Shown: positions 10,901 to 25,079 of the stretch, one piece after another | Position numbering within the stretch: the first letter of the stretch is position 1 | How the letters are laid out: each line of letters begins with the position of its first letter | From: Haplodiscus bocki | Lineage: Eukaryota | Direction of reading: 5' to 3' | Length of the DNA: 64,000 bases | Assembly: GCA_965655095.1 (NCBI GenBank) | Contig: OZ296653.1 | Coordinates: 36,146,001 to 36,210,000 of the forward strand | Position numbers and translations under genes: made by a program | The notes under the pieces: model-generated | Database searches by the model: none | What the model was told of the DNA's origin: nothing | What the model saw: the letters and a program-made list of their open reading frames with translations, nothing else

Positions 10901-12556
10901 AAAGCTGTTTCTACCTTGTTGCAAATTTTTGGGCAATGCAAAACTGGGAAGCTATGAAAGAGGCAGAGTTGTGGATCAATCAAAAATTATGAATTTTTCG
11001 TTTCATTTTTTTTCTTTGTTGGGTGGCTTAATTCTGGTCCTCGAATTGAATCACTTGTTTTTACTATGTTTGCCGTGGTGAAGTCATGGAAGTCCCAGTG
11101 AGAGGGAAAAAGGAACATGTTGTTAGATTAATATTAATCTCTTGCAGTTTTCCACTTTTGTATGGAGACGAAACCAAAATGGAACATTCATAGAGAACTA
11201 CAGGTTACTTTTGTCGGTATAGTTGTGGTTGATGGGTAGAGATCCAGTTGAAGACCCATAATTTTATTATCATAGCTGTGGTTCATTCTCCATTTTGACG
11301 AGGAGTCAGAAATTACTACTTAATCACAACTCTAACCAAAAGTAGTTTATTATAGAAGTCAATCCCACTCACGTTTTTGTATGGTTGAGAGAAAAGATTC
11401 CTTTCATGACGTGTATTTTTTTGTATCTTTCATTTTTTGTCGCTATTTTGTGGAAGAAAAGCTAGCTTGATTTTTGGAATTAAATTATTTCGCCAAAGTT
11501 TAACTTCGTTGCGGTGATTTTAAACTGTCACACCTTCATGTCATCGGACAATCATTATCTTTCAATGTTTTTGCTTTAAAAAAATCAAGCTTGAAACTTC
11601 GTGCTAAGCAGACATATTTCATCTACAAAGTACGTACCATCTATTCAAACCATATTTTACGAGACTTCAAAAAAGCTCCTTTGAAACTTGTTCCATGAAC
11701 TGAATATAGCTATTGATTTTTCAATAGTTGAACAAAAAGTGTTTAGTGTACAGAGCTAGGTCATTCCTCAAGCTATAACTCGGGGTCTGTACCTTATCAA
11801 AATCCTGAATAAATGATCGCGAATGGAGAATGTAATGTAGAACACCTAGAATTAGGAACCTCAAAAAGTTTTGAGATTCAAGTAAAAAAAAGGCCAATCT
11901 TCCTCTCGAATCGTTTCATACGTTTGAAGTTCAAGTAAAAACCACATAAGTCATCTTTTCATACATGTATATTGTTTTGCATAACTATACTTTAAAATGT
12001 TATATAGAATTGCCCGATCCTGTTCATGACACTGAATAAATATTGCCGATCAAAAACTGCAACGCTTGTGATCAAATGCGCTATGCTATGATAGCTAACG
12101 CATAAAAGTTTATGTTCGTTTCAAGTTTCTTTCATACTCGTTAAAAAATTATGTATAGCTCGATTTGTTCTGTGTAACGTTTTTTATAGCAGTAACGTTT
12201 TTATAGCAGTAACGATAATTCAATTTTGCAAACACGTATACACACAAAAAACTGGAAACGTAGGTTGAATGTTCCATTAGCGCAAACCTTTCTGAAAGGT
12301 CCTCCAAAAACTGCAAAGAGGTTTCTCAACAACAATCAACAACATTATGTAATCAAGTCTGTATGTTACGATGTCAAGTTCAGAAAAAATGAACAAACAG
12401 TACTCAAAAATGTTCACTTTATTACGTAGGTTGAATGTTTGTGCACAACGTTGAAGGTGGTAATTGCAGTGCCAATTTAGTTACCACTTTGTCCCACAGA
12501 AAATGCGTTTTCTCATCATCACCTTTTTGCTTGTTAGCTTTTCTTGCTATTACATA

Positions 12557-12756
12557 NNNNNNNNNNNNNNNNNNNNNNNNNNNNNNNNNNNNNNNNNNNN
12601 NNNNNNNNNNNNNNNNNNNNNNNNNNNNNNNNNNNNNNNNNNNNNNNNNNNNNNNNNNNNNNNNNNNNNNNNNNNNNNNNNNNNNNNNNNNNNNNNNNNN
12701 NNNNNNNNNNNNNNNNNNNNNNNNNNNNNNNNNNNNNNNNNNNNNNNNNNNNNNNN
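12557..12756. other. Assembly gap (200 N)
   Basis: Run of N; the poly-X ORFs in the track are artefacts of it. Confidence 0.99.
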
Positions 12757-13950
12757 GAAAAGTGTCGCTTTTTTCCTAGACTGTTAATGTTCATCGGCGG
12801 CGTTGACTTTGTTGAAATGCCTGAAAGGCACCGGTGATACAGGGTGTCTTTTTGTCGTACTGTGGCGTTGAGGGATGCACCACTGCCATCGTTACTTTGA
12901 TGTTAAACGCGTTGGGTGGTAGTTTCAAGTCATTGAGATTAAGTGATACAATAGTTGTCTGCCTCCCGAACCCGTATGGAATTTTTGGCTCATTTGAATC
13001 AGAATCAGACGTATTGATTTTGTTCCCGAGAACCGACAGATGACAAAGTAATCATTTCCTTTATGTGGACCCCGGATAGCTTCGTTGAATTGAAGACATT
13101 TTGGGTATTGTGTCTGGGTGGACTTGCTTCTTCCGACAACATTTCCATTTAGAACACGTCTTAATAAATAATCAAATCTGAAATAAGGAAGTGATTAGGT
13201 ATTGCGGGGAATGTTGATTCACTTCCATCCAGCGGGATACTCTTTGATGTTCGCGCGCTAAGAATTAGAGTTGATGAAATTATGAAGTCAGAAGTGAATT
13301 TCAAATTGATTGGATGTAAACAAATTGAAAAACAGTTGGATTTGAAAAAAAAAGGAACACTTGAGTATCGTTCTGCAACTCGTCCTTGAAAATGCATGCT
13401 GACGTCATTGCTGGCAGACAAATTATTCAGACTTGAAAATAAATGATTATGATTTTTAATGAATGAAAATGTAAATCCACCAAGTAATAGCCACGACATT
13501 CATTGCATGAAAAAATGATTTCCACGATGGCAGAAGTAGGGATCACTTCCCTTGTCGGCGGGAGTGTATCCAGTGAAGAACGAGAGCTGGAGATCGACGA
13601 GGATGCTGCAGCAAGAAGTTTGTCCCCTATTCTCCCCGTTGTCATTTATTTGAGTAGCTGCTTGAAAAGAAGTGTGTGAGGAGTGCGTTGGAGGAGGTTG
13701 ACGCGGGCGTTGGCAGTCATGCTGACTGTCGAATGGAAGAAGCCAGCGACGGAGAGAGTTTCTTCGACATCATGGGCAGCTTGGAGAGAAGGAATAGAGT
13801 GAATCAGAAGAGTTCACATTTGCTGACATTCTGCAGCGTGCAGATTTACTGTCAGAAACTCTGCTGGAGGGTGTGGTCGATACACTTGATTTGCCATTGT
13901 GTTAGTCTTCATTCTTCATTTTTGTTAGCTTTTTAGTCTTAGGAATATTA

Positions 13951-16900
13951 TAGTGACCATCCATATTTTCCATAAGCTTTTTTACCGCGAGCGCTTGTAC
14001 ATGAAGATGGCATCATGGGATTGTTGTGTTTTATAATAATTCTGTTCCGGAGAACCTGATGTTTGCCCTGAGGAGACAATTTGTGATGTTCCGAGCAGTT
14101 CCGGAACAGAGTTTTTGGTGGGACGCGCTACATCCGATGCGGAGATTTTCAGCGCCTGGACAAATGCTCTAGTGGAGATTCCGTCACTTTTGTACAGTTT
14201 TCGTGCTTGTATTGAAAAAATTGGTACAGGTTATCATCGATTTCCTCTTTTGCAGGTCCAGCTGATGACAATCCAGATTTCTCCGGAGCTGGTGATGAGT
14301 CGACAGAGGCGAAGGTGACGAGTGACAGGAGACGGAAACACGTTGTTATCACGCGTCGTTTCGTGCCGTTATCGGGTCGGCAGCCAAGCCCAGTTGAGTT
14401 TGGAAGCCGCACCTGAAGCAGAGCATTGCTTGAGCAGGCTTTCGACGATAGTAATGATTAATTCAAATGAGGATGTTTTGAGTTTGGTTCCTTGAGGACT
14501 CCCCTTTCCGTTGAATTTTGTTTTAGAACACATTCCCGTTGAACCTGTAATTGCTCCAATCAATGCCACCAGGCATCAGTTGGTGATGCCGTGCCGCACT
14601 ATTTGCGCAGGAAGCGTTAATTAAGATCCACTGATGGGGCGTAAGTACTGTCGAGACATGTTCCATAGCTTTCGCACCTTTCCTTTCTTCATTGTATCCT
14701 TTCTGTTCACAGAGCTAGGTGCTGTTCGTCATCAAATGGGACAGCGTGTTGCACCTTCTAGCCCTCATGTTCTTGAAACCAGTGACACCAGTGGCGACGA
14801 ATCAGTGGCCAGCCAACCCCGTCGGCGTGTGCGTTCAAGTGGACGTACAAAATGCAGAAAGTGTGGGCGAGGGGCAGATGAAAAGGGCCAGTTTTTTGTT
14901 ACTGGTGCTACGGATTCCGTTGGCAATTACAGCCACTTCTACTATCGCATCTGCCGCAAAGACGTGTCGGTGTTGACACACGGCCTGCATGAAGTCCTTA
15001 GGCGCTTCCAAGGTACCGAACCTTTCCTTCGTGACCAGAGGCTGACACTGGAGAAACCTGGTTGGCGGGTATTGAACTTTGAGGGAAACACCTCGGTGAC
15101 AAAAAGATTCAGCGCCAACGAGAGTGCATTGTTCGAGGTCCTCTGGTCATTCGTGATCGATACGCTTCTTTAGCTGGGGATCCTATTGTTGACGATTCCG
15201 GGACCTCAGATGCCACATTGCCAGTCCTTGCAAAGGTGTCATCTCTGATCGAAGTGTTGTGACTGGGCAGCTTTTACGCGTTGGTTCACCAACTGTGGGC
15301 ACAAATCACCCTGACAGCCAGCCGGGTGAAGGATGATGTGACGTGGTCCCGCAATGAGGTGCTGGTTTGTAATTTCCTTGTTCAATATTTCTACGTATTC
15401 ATGTGCATTGGTTTCTGGTGTTGTGTTTCATTCGAATAATTTGAATGGGAGGTACCCCCGCATCCTCTCTCGTGTGTCTGGTTTGGTGAAATTGTATGGA
15501 TAGTGCAGCATCGAATTTGAGGAGCGCAGGCCAGAGGTTTGGCAGATGGTGCGGACGTGAGAGAGGTCCATATTTCGGCGTGTTTGTATTGCGGTTTCAA
15601 CACCAATAGAATGCTTGAGGCCACCATGTTGGGGAAGCTTCTGGATGCTGCTGGTCCAGATGTGGCTGTAGTGTGTTTCCATGGCGGACCACATGTAATC
15701 ACCAAAGCCTTTGCCAGTTACTTTGGTAGTGGGTACCAAGCAAAACTTTTGGAATACCCAACGTTTGACCTCCGGTTGTTGAATCGTTGTTTTCAGCGGA
15801 CTGCGGCATCTGTGTATTAGAGCGTTGACCCATTCTCATTGACGGATTTTGTAGTGAATCGTTTGATGGACTCAATGACTGACGACTGGACGGCGTTTCG
15901 TCCCGCATTGGGAAGGGCCATCATCACAAACGACCTCTCGGTTCCAGACCTAGTCAATGTGGTAGGTTACATCATTGGGGTATGGCCGCTAATGGTGTCA
16001 TACCCGAAAGAGACCGGGCCAAAGGAAGATGGAGATAGTCTTGTGGTAAGGTCTTCCATTTTGGCTAGCCACTTTTGCGACTTTACATTGTATTCATTGC
16101 TGCTTTGTTTTTTAGAAGAAGGGGATGGACGGTATCTGTACCTGGATCAGCTTGCCCGCATGAAAATCAGACTGTTTCAGCTTCTTCTCAAAATCTGTAC
16201 GTATTTTCGTCACCCTTTCCTTTACATTATGCGTTGGTTAGGTAGCAGATCCGGTTCGGTTCCCGGAAAATCTCTAGGAACGCACTAGTAATGTTCCTCA
16301 TTGGTTCCTTGTTTAGTTTTCATGATGTTCCATGCACTTTGGTCTCGTTTGCGTAACAGTGGTGTTGTTTTTAAGCCTGTGACGTATAATGTTGTTTCAG
16401 TTGCCAACATTTTCTTGCATCCCCAGACTGCGAGTGAATACGGCTATCACTGTTTGGCGAGTTGGCTCGGTTCATCTAATGCCTCCTCCAGCAGGTCAAG
16501 CAAATGTCTTTTTTGCCTCTCGTGGAGCAGTTGGATCAGTATGTTTTGGCCAACCATTCCAGGTTCCCCTCAATTGCCGATGAAGAGTTTTTGTCGGGGA
16601 CTCATGTGGTGATAGCTGTCACTAAAGTTGGGAGCTTTTATTTGAACAAAGAGTTCCGTCGGGAGGCCCGGCAGTTCCTGGAGGAATATACCAATTCAAT
16701 GCTTTCTAATGTCGCTGCACGATCCCACATCGGGCAGCGACTAAGCTGTTTCTGCCATACAATCGTCATTGGTGGAGACGACCACGCGCCGGTTCATCTG
16801 TTTGGGTTGTTGCTTGATGGGCTCCGGGAGAAGGGGTGGGTTGGAGGCAGCGATGTAGAAGCTTGAAGTACTGAGTACCAATCATTGTCCAAGGAAAACG

Positions 16901-17796
16901 ACAACTAGAGCGGTCTTCAACGAGGAGCCGCCCTGACGTAGGGAACGTCCTGCCGTTTTACCCTTTGCAGGCTGGCTTCCTTGCTTGCCAGCATCTGTTT
17001 AAAAGATGTTGTCTGACCAATGATGTAAAGCATTGTTACAGTAGGTGTCATGAATAAATTGTCTTTATTGCAGGTGTTGCAGCTGACAGCTCTGATTGGT
17101 CGTGGGCCCGTGACTTCCTCTTAGGAGTTTGTCATCAATATGGACTTTGTGATGATCACTGAGGATGAAGTGCGTGGTGCTCTGCTTTGCGTGCAGGATT
17201 TCGTCAGGATCCCGCACTTCACTCAGAGGAATTTCTTTTTCGGACCTCGGTGTCGCGATGTTGACTGAGTCTGCGGTGATCTCTGACAGCATTACTACCA
17301 GTGCTGTGTAAGAACCATGGAGCCACGTGGAGACTCAGTCCCGCTCTCAGGTGGTTACTGAGTTTTGTGTATGTGTCAAACGGGCTGTGGATAGTCGAAA
17401 GGTAGTCAAAAATTCAGAGGATTATTGGTATGCGATGGCTGGTGTCTGGCCGTCCTCAGAACATTCGGCATCTCGATGTAGGGTGCGGATCTCCAGCGTA
17501 TTTGAAGAGGGACGGGTTGAGTAAGTTCCTGTCGGCGCTCCTAGTATTAGTGCTCCCAGCTCCAGCAGTCTGCGTGTTTCTTCAGGAAAAACGAAGAAGA
17601 GAAGGGTCAGCTGGAGCCCGGCGAAGCTGCCTAGGCGGTTTGAATTTCAAACCCTCCTGGAACATCTCGCAAAAAATCTTCAGTTGAAGATTCAGGCTCA
17701 AGTGCAGCATTGGACGGCCAGAAATCCCACGGGAACTCACGGCGAAACGGAGGAGACCGCAAAGCCCCTCCTGTTTTCCAAAGGGGATTGTCAATA
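13951..17796 (+). mobile_element. Decayed ~3.8-kb TIR DNA transposon, hAT-like, with fragmented intron-interrupted transposase
   Basis: Imperfect TIRs TAGTGACCATCC / (rc) TATTGACAATCC; GC-richer interior with broken + strand frames 14.7-17.5 kb, including a BED/U1-like zinc finger (HFYyRICRKDVSVLTHGLHEVLRrFQG) and hAT-like C-terminal pieces; intron-like GTAAG...TTTAG at 16046-16115. No TSD found. Confidence 0.5.
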
Positions 17797-18177
17797 TTGA
17801 AACTGCTTCGCTTTTGAGTTCTGTAAACTTCTCAATAACTTCTCAGTTCATTTGTTTTACCTATTGTATACATATTTTGTCGAACAATCAGAAAAGGATA
17901 ATCTATAGAACATTTTGAATCCAGCCTTCGTTCAGGGATGAATTTAGTATTAGTGGCCTTGTCTTTGAAGCAAGTAGGACCGAGTAATAAGTGAGTTAGT
18001 CGCCAGGGAAAATCCACAAACAGGTAGAAAAAATTTCTGAAAGGCTAAGTATCGATTCTGTAGCGAGTACCTGGAGTTTTTCGGAACGTCTAGGTATGCG
18101 CTCTTAATGCAAATTTAGACTTCTATATCTGTAGTCACCAACGCAATTAGGTTTCGAATTGTGACATAGGTCGTATT

Positions 18178-19031
18178 TCATACCGCAGGGATTGAAAGGA
18201 GTAGGGCTGGGTCAATCGGAACGCGTTTCCGCATCAGTATCCATGGGGGAATACGTCTCCCCTCCGTCACATAATCCGTCTGTTTGCGGAAAAAATTGTG
18301 GGAATCCTCTCGTGAAGTTCCTCGAGTGATACTCGTTTCATCGGCTGTTAAATCAGATTGTACTGCAGTCTCGGATGAATTGGGTGTCGCAGCATTATCG
18401 TAATCCTTATCAAAGGTTGGCTTTTCGTTTTCACATTCCCATGCTCTGGCGTACAAATCATCGTGTGTAAGCGTGTTTTCTGGGTCGCATTTCCATTTTC
18501 GTGGCGTCATTTGTACATCGGGTATGGGTTGTTTGGGTGTGAATTGGAGTAGTGTCATACGATGAAGCGCTTGTGTTTTATCTGTACCGGTTTTGCAAAC
18601 CAAAAAATTGATATTTGGTAAGGCCTTTTCAATAATGTCAGGCGCAATCCACCAAAATTCTGTAGAGGAAATTTTGGTTCCTTGGTGGCCTGCTTTATGT
18701 TCTAAGACATACACATAATCTTTCTCTTTCAGATTCGAGGCATTTGCTTCTTTTTCATAGTACCCCTTGTACTTGATGTAAGATCGGAGGGCACTCTTTC
18801 GGACATCTGGATAAATCATTTCTGTCTGTTTAAACACATTTTGAGCAATTTGTGAATTTGGCATGAGTTTTTCTTGCGCGAACGTATGCCCATTTTCAAA
18901 TGTAGGACATTACAAGGAACGCGTCCATGAAACACTCTGCTAGGTTCATAGCTATTACTTGCATAATAAGATGTGTTGTAATTAAGGACCACAATGCTGA
19001 CATATTTATGCCGTTTTTTTCCAATTGCCAT
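18178..19031 (-). pseudogene. pol: Gypsy integrase C-terminal remnant (core end + GPY/F-like region)
   Basis: KYVSIVVLNYNTSYYAS..EPSRVFHGRVP.NVL.LKMG, then YIKYKGYYEK...LKEKDYVYVL...WIAPDIIEKALPNINFLV...LHRMTL, typical of Gypsy IN C-termini; frameshift near 18.83 kb. Confidence 0.8.
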
Positions 19032-19044
19032 TTTTTCAACCTGA

Positions 19045-19245
19045 GTGTTTCGACCGTTGTAGGTGAATCGAACAGAGAACTCTGTTCGACAGAAAGTAAG
19101 TCTTAGTGGTATGGGAAGTAGACATCATTTTTGAAAAGAAATTGGTTGTTACTCAATTGTTGTAGCTGTAGATCAACAGAATCGAATTGTTCGGTCGACA
19201 AAAATGAGTATGATTGGTGTAGGAAGTAACTCTCATTTCGAAACG
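19045..19245. repeat. Diverged two-unit tandem repeat
   Basis: GTTGTAG...AATCGAA...TCGACA.AAA.T.AGT.T...TGGT.T.GGAAGTA...TCATTT.GAAA occurs twice. Confidence 0.55.
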
Positions 19246-20329
19246 TCTGCGGTTACTTTTCATTTGATGTTGTTGACGTTGTTAGTTTGATTAAATTCCT
19301 CGCTATAAATCAAGAAGACAAAAATCTCCAGCGAAAATAGAGTTAGCGCCTCTGGTATGCTAAGTAGATCTAGCGGAAAGGTGCTCGTAGTTTTTTTCAA
19401 CCTCATTAATTTTCTCAAGGTAAAACGCCAAAAAAACACTAAGAGACATTGCGACGGTTCCAATGCAAGCTTCCGTCAAAAGTTTTTGACTCTGCGTCAG
19501 AATACTTGAAAGGAAGTTCTCTAGATTCGTTTTTGCATGCATAGAGGTTTCATATACTGACTTATGGCTAAACTTAACCATTCACAGGCTACTGAATAAC
19601 AGAACTTAGGCTGCTTTTGCATACATTGAGCTTCCGTACTCTGACTTGCGGATAGAATTAGCTTCTAATACGTACTTAATGAAGAATCATCAGAAAATTT
19701 CACTGTTTTTTAGATTGGCTCGCTACTCTTGACACAAAATTTTTTGAAAAAACTCTTTTTTGAAAAGCAAACGAAGAAACCCAAAATGAAGCACTGTTGT
19801 TCTGAAGAGTTTCTTCAGAAATACTTGAGCTTTTTAGCACTAAAAACACGAAAACAAGATCTTTAATTTATAAATCATTGGCTATCTTTCGCAGTCCTCC
19901 GACTTTGATCCCTTGTTTGCTTTTTTCTGATTCGTTTTCCGTTGAAGAAGTGTCAAAGTCAGAATATTTTCCAATTCGGACAGCAAGACTCTGGCGTTCT
20001 CTAGCGCTAACCTGAAGACTGTGTCATTTGAAATGTCATTTATGATGTTCTATGATCTCATGTTTTTCCATATTATCTTCCTCAGCTTCATCTACAATGA
20101 AACATTTCCCGATGAATAGGTTTCTTCGCGATCCATTGTTTCTGTCTTAGTCAAATTTCTAATAAACTCCTCGGGAAACTGAAAATTCTTGATTGATTGC
20201 AGTATCCATGGGTGTCCGAAGAGCTTACATAAGTTCAAATGGGTTCCCGTTTGATAGTTTCTATAGTTGTTGCAAGACTGGTATCAGATAAAAATACCTC
20301 GTTTAGCATCTCACTCCATGTTGGAATAC

Positions 20330-23250
20330 GTTGTATAGATTGTGTTCACCATTCGTCATCTTGTAGTATTTGTCGGAAGGCTTTTTAATGGAATGGTCAT
20401 CAAATGGAAGACACGCAAGTCCGTCTTCCTTTAGGAACGATTTTTCTTCCAAAGCACTGATTAGAGCGTATTTCATAAAACAATTTGCAGTTGTTGGCTC
20501 GGTCAAACAATTCGGATGTCTGTTTAGCTGAGAAGCTTTTCTGTGCACAATAATTTACAGCGCATTCCGTTTTTCCACATTCGTTTAGCAAAGTGTGCGA
20601 AAACTTTTGCCTTTTTAATTTCTCCTTCACCACCACCGATTATCAAAGACTTTTTAGAATCCAACTTGTCGGACTCCTTTATCGGACTACCTCCAAACTC
20701 ATACTTGTTTCTGCGCGGAACCATTCTTGATCAAAAAGGTGCAACTGGTGCTTTTCGATATAGTCCAGCAAATCAAAGTGTTGTTTGAGTAACCGATTAT
20801 TGTTCACCTGCTTGTGAAGATCTTTCCCTTTAACTTCCAACATTAGAGAACCATTTGTTTGAAAAGGACCAGCGGCAGTGGAACTGATCCTTCATAAATT
20901 TGTAACGAATGTCCTACATGGGATACTTAGCAAAGTCAAGGTTTTTTGCTGCAACAATAGTTGATTCGGTCCGTAAAGATCATTTCGTAAATGGTTTCTG
21001 AGAAGTTCGACATCCAATTCACCATGAAAAAACGTGAATGCACGCAACAAATGGGGTGACGTCAGTTTTCAATTCCACTTCTGAAAACGGCAACCAGACG
21101 TCGAACCTATTGCAATTCTTGTCCTGTGTTTCGCCGTAGCAACAACTATTCATCACTTTGAACTAGAAGAAACTTTTTTCGGACTAGTTTTTTGCTTTTT
21201 GGCGTTTTTCTGTATCATGTTGTATGTAGGGTTTAATCCAAGCTTCTTGATGAAATTTCAGGATCTTGTGCACTTTCTTGACATTGCATTGCAAGGCTCA
21301 CAAAAGACCGGAGTATGATGATTGTTTTGTCTCATAATTTTTTTTTCGATTTTTTAAACTGTTTTTTCTGTAAACGGTGCCTGCCTCTTTGAGTATGTCT
21401 TGTTGCCAACAGTGGACACACCTCCTTCTATCATGTTTTGAACTACTTTCAAACGTTTTCCATCAGGTGAGAGCTAGAAGTCGGCTGAACAAATACGTGG
21501 AAACGCAACACCATACAAATGAGAACATGTTAGATTGAAACCTGTGACACATTTTGCAGAAGTCTGCCTCCTCAGCGTATGCAAGAAGGAGCGTGTCTGT
21601 TTCTGACTAACGCTCCTGGTGGTCTCCTATTTCTGTACAACTGAAAAAAATGATTTTTTTTGCCGGAATGATTTCATTGCCGATGACCTTTTCCTGTTTC
21701 ATTCTGGATGAGCCAGTCTTTTTTCAAAAAATTAAAGGTGGAAGACACTTTGAACTAAAATCGAATGGGTGTCAGAAAGGGAAAAAGAATAAAAACCTTT
21801 GTCATGCAGCAGACTCTTTCGCTCCATTTCTTTTTGGCTGATGGTCCAGGTGGATTAGTTTGTACTAAAGACTAGAGAATACGAACTTCCCGAGCGATAA
21901 GGCCATGGAAGGGACGGAACCAACATACCGCAAAAGTTCGCTATCAGATTCTGTAACACCATTTCGGTCCTGGTAACTTTGCATTGGCACACGAACGGAG
22001 AATCTGATCTACTTCTCTTTAACTAATCAAATCACTTCAACTCTGCACTCTCGACCGAAACGATGAATTTTGTACAACAAGTGTTTGAAGTCGTAATTCG
22101 ATAAAAAGTGCGCAACATCAGGATCGAAAATCAACGTTAGCTTTTGAGATTGCGTTGCTTGTGTGCAGAGTTCAAGAACTCTCCAATTTTTTGGCAGTGA
22201 CCATCCACTCTGATCTTTTGGTCTTCATCGAGGAAAAGAGCCGTTCTGAAACAGATAATCGGGGAACTCGAACTCAAAGTACATAAATATTAGGGCGAAC
22301 CGTTGGGTTTTCAGGCTGGTGATTTGCACGTTGCTTATCAACAGCTTATGCATCTAAAAATTTGCTGTTCAAGGGTAAGACAGCTTGGCAGATGTCTTCT
22401 TTGGGATATCCTACGGAAACCAGACGTGAATTCAATTTCGACATAAACAATCTCATGCTGGCAATGACCATGCAATGTCGTTACAGATGACATTCTCCAG
22501 GTTTGTGATAAGTACATAGTGGTCGGTACGACCATCCTTCAACAATGATATCTCAACTTCCAAATCAACGTTCAATATCATCGAAACCAAAATGGGATCA
22601 CGTTTTGGTACTAAAAACAGTTGATTTCGCATTCAGATAGATCATCGAGCCATGATACTGTCTTCATCGTATTGGAATCCTGATGACGTCTGCGGTTTGG
22701 TGAGCTAACGGGTTTCATGACAAACAAGTGGTCGGTTTCTTTTTCCGGCAGTGAACTTTTTGACATTGGTTTGGCAGTCACGGAGGTTGTTACAAATGCC
22801 TACCTTCATTAGAGGAAGCGATAATGATCTTCGTGATTGCGATTATTGAGTGATTAATGCGTAGATTGAGTGACAAATTATGGAAGTCCAATTTAATTAA
22901 ACATTCTAAATGAGTTGAAGTCTGCAGTGGGCTGATTTTGTTAAGCTCACACTCATTACCAGAATTTTTCAAGATAAACATCGTGCAAAAAACTTCGTCT
23001 ATAAACTTGAGATAAACTTCGAACGCTCAGCTGTCCCCAAAAGCATGTTTGAATTTGGGATTGTACGATTTTTGGTTTGCCCTCTAACGCAATACAAGAC
23101 TCGGGAGATTCCTTTATTGCGTAAAACTTTTTGTTTTGCGGTTTGCAGATCAATTTCGCATCTATTAGGACATCAACATCACGTCTTTTTTTCACAATGA
23201 ACTCGAACAAGTCTTCTTCATTGAAACCGGGAAGTGTATAGTCTTTCAAT
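20330..23250 (-). pseudogene. Fossil Polinton/Maverick (adintovirus-type) DNA polymerase B
   Basis: Collinear decayed motifs on the minus strand: DHYVLITNL..CLCRN (~22.5 kb), FMYFEFE, VDGHCQKIGEFLNSAHKQRNLK (endonuclease-VII-like DHCH..G...AH..CNL), AHFLSNYDF (HN..YD exonuclease), ETDTLLLA, NMIEGGVS (IRGG), VMNSCCYGET (KxxxNSxYGK), FGGSPIKE...EIKKAKV, ISALEEKSFLKEDGLACLPF (DDKR..DGI.TLP). Confidence 0.75.
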
Positions 23251-25079
23251 GATCCCTTGACAACTGCAGTTGTCGTTGTTCATAAATCGTTCTTCTGGCG
23301 ATTGAAAGCTCAGAGTACGTCATGCTGTTCCAAACGACAATAGACTGAATATTGATTGAGGAAGATTGTTTCAGGCTAGCTGCCAACTTTTTGCTAGGAA
23401 GAAGCATTCAATGTGTCGTTTCAGGAAGTGTATTGCCAAGCTTGTCAAAAAAGTAGTTTTGAAGGAAGATGAGAAACACGTTTTATTGGATTGTAGGAAG
23501 AAAACAATCATGACTGCGACGATAATAGCAAATCAGGTTCTGTTTGCCTGCAAGTTTGTTGTTTGAATGTTCACAACTCAAATTCTTTTCCTCCTGTACT
23601 TTGAAGAGATTTGTTTGCCATCCTTCTTTCTCTCAAGAAATGGATGCTGGTTACGCTCACCGAAAGGTTCTTAGTGGTTGATCTGTGGTCCAGCTGAAGG
23701 CCTTTTAGGACCCTCAGAGCCAAGTTTTTGAAACAAAATTTTCATTCAATATTTATGATTTTTCAGGAGACTTTTACTATTGTTTTGTTTCAGAAAGAGA
23801 GATAGAGAATTTCTCCTTACAAAGAATTGGTGTTATTTGCTCGTTTTTCGTCAGCTTTTTGGGCTCGTCGAGTTGTTTCCAATCCGGGTCTTTTCTATTC
23901 CTTGTTCTGTTTTGTTGACTGTCGTCTCAGCCTAAAGTGTTAAGTTTGATTTACTTATAGCTATGTTTAACCCGATTTGAGGATACTTCCGATATTTGAG
24001 TTTCATCCACAGCTTTGAATAATTCGTTTTGTTTGTCCCAATGCAGACGGTTTCTGAAAGAATCAATGTTGGTAGTTTCGGGAAGTGCAGAAAATCTTTT
24101 CCGATTGTTTTTGAGGTAGAACCCTAAAGTAGGCTCCTTAACTTCTCTTTTTTTGGTTTTTGGGTTGCTCAAACTCTGACCCCCTCCAATAGGTTCTAGT
24201 TTCGCATCCCAATACAAGGAGCCAGTCAATAAAGACATGAGTCAAAATGACTTTTTGTACAAGCCGCATACGTGGCCGGTTAGATTACGCTTGCGCCCCG
24301 AAGCAGTGTTGGTGTCAGTTTTTGCAACAGTAAATAAAAATTCAGCGTCTTTCAGCGGCTACTTGAAGATTATGGAAATGTATTCACAAAAAGACGGCGA
24401 AGTACAACCGACAGCTGCTAGCATACAAAAACCTGCCACCATCTGGAGCTAGTGAACATTATTGCTAACCATCTCTCTGTTTCGATAGCAGACTTAAGCA
24501 GAGCGACCGACAGCATTATCCACCGCTTTTTGATGCCTCTCAGATTTGGGATTATGAAAAGATTTTCATAGACCCATACAAGGCGGGGAGTTCCGGAATA
24601 TTCATCTGTCTGAAGCCTAGAAATCCAACGATTGAACTTTCCAGACGCAGCAGTTTAGCTGATCAAAGGGAGATGCAAAGGAAAGCTTGAGATTTAAAGC
24701 AACATTTAGGGGAGTAGATTTTTAAATAAGAAATCTTGCGCTGACTGATTCACAGTTGTCCAAGAAAATGGAAGCTAATTCCAATATACGAGCAAATCGG
24801 TGAACCTTTAGTTCCTTGGACTACTGAGTAATTTGATTCAAACGTCCAAATTTATTAATTTCTTGTTAACGTCTCTGAGAGCAATTGGTCAGTTTTCTTG
24901 GAAAGACGAATCGAAAAGAGCCGCTATATTTCTTCAAACCGTTGATAGTTTAAAAAGTTTCACTTCGGTGACTGACGATCAGAAACAGAATCGTGATTTT
25001 TCCACCGTATCAATGTTACGGGAAAAAATTAATCCACTCGAAGCGAATTTTCTCTGCGCGTCTATTTCACGAAAAAAGC

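Noticed and set aside
12435-12837. Poly-X ORFs in the track
   Set aside because: Artefacts of the 200-N gap.
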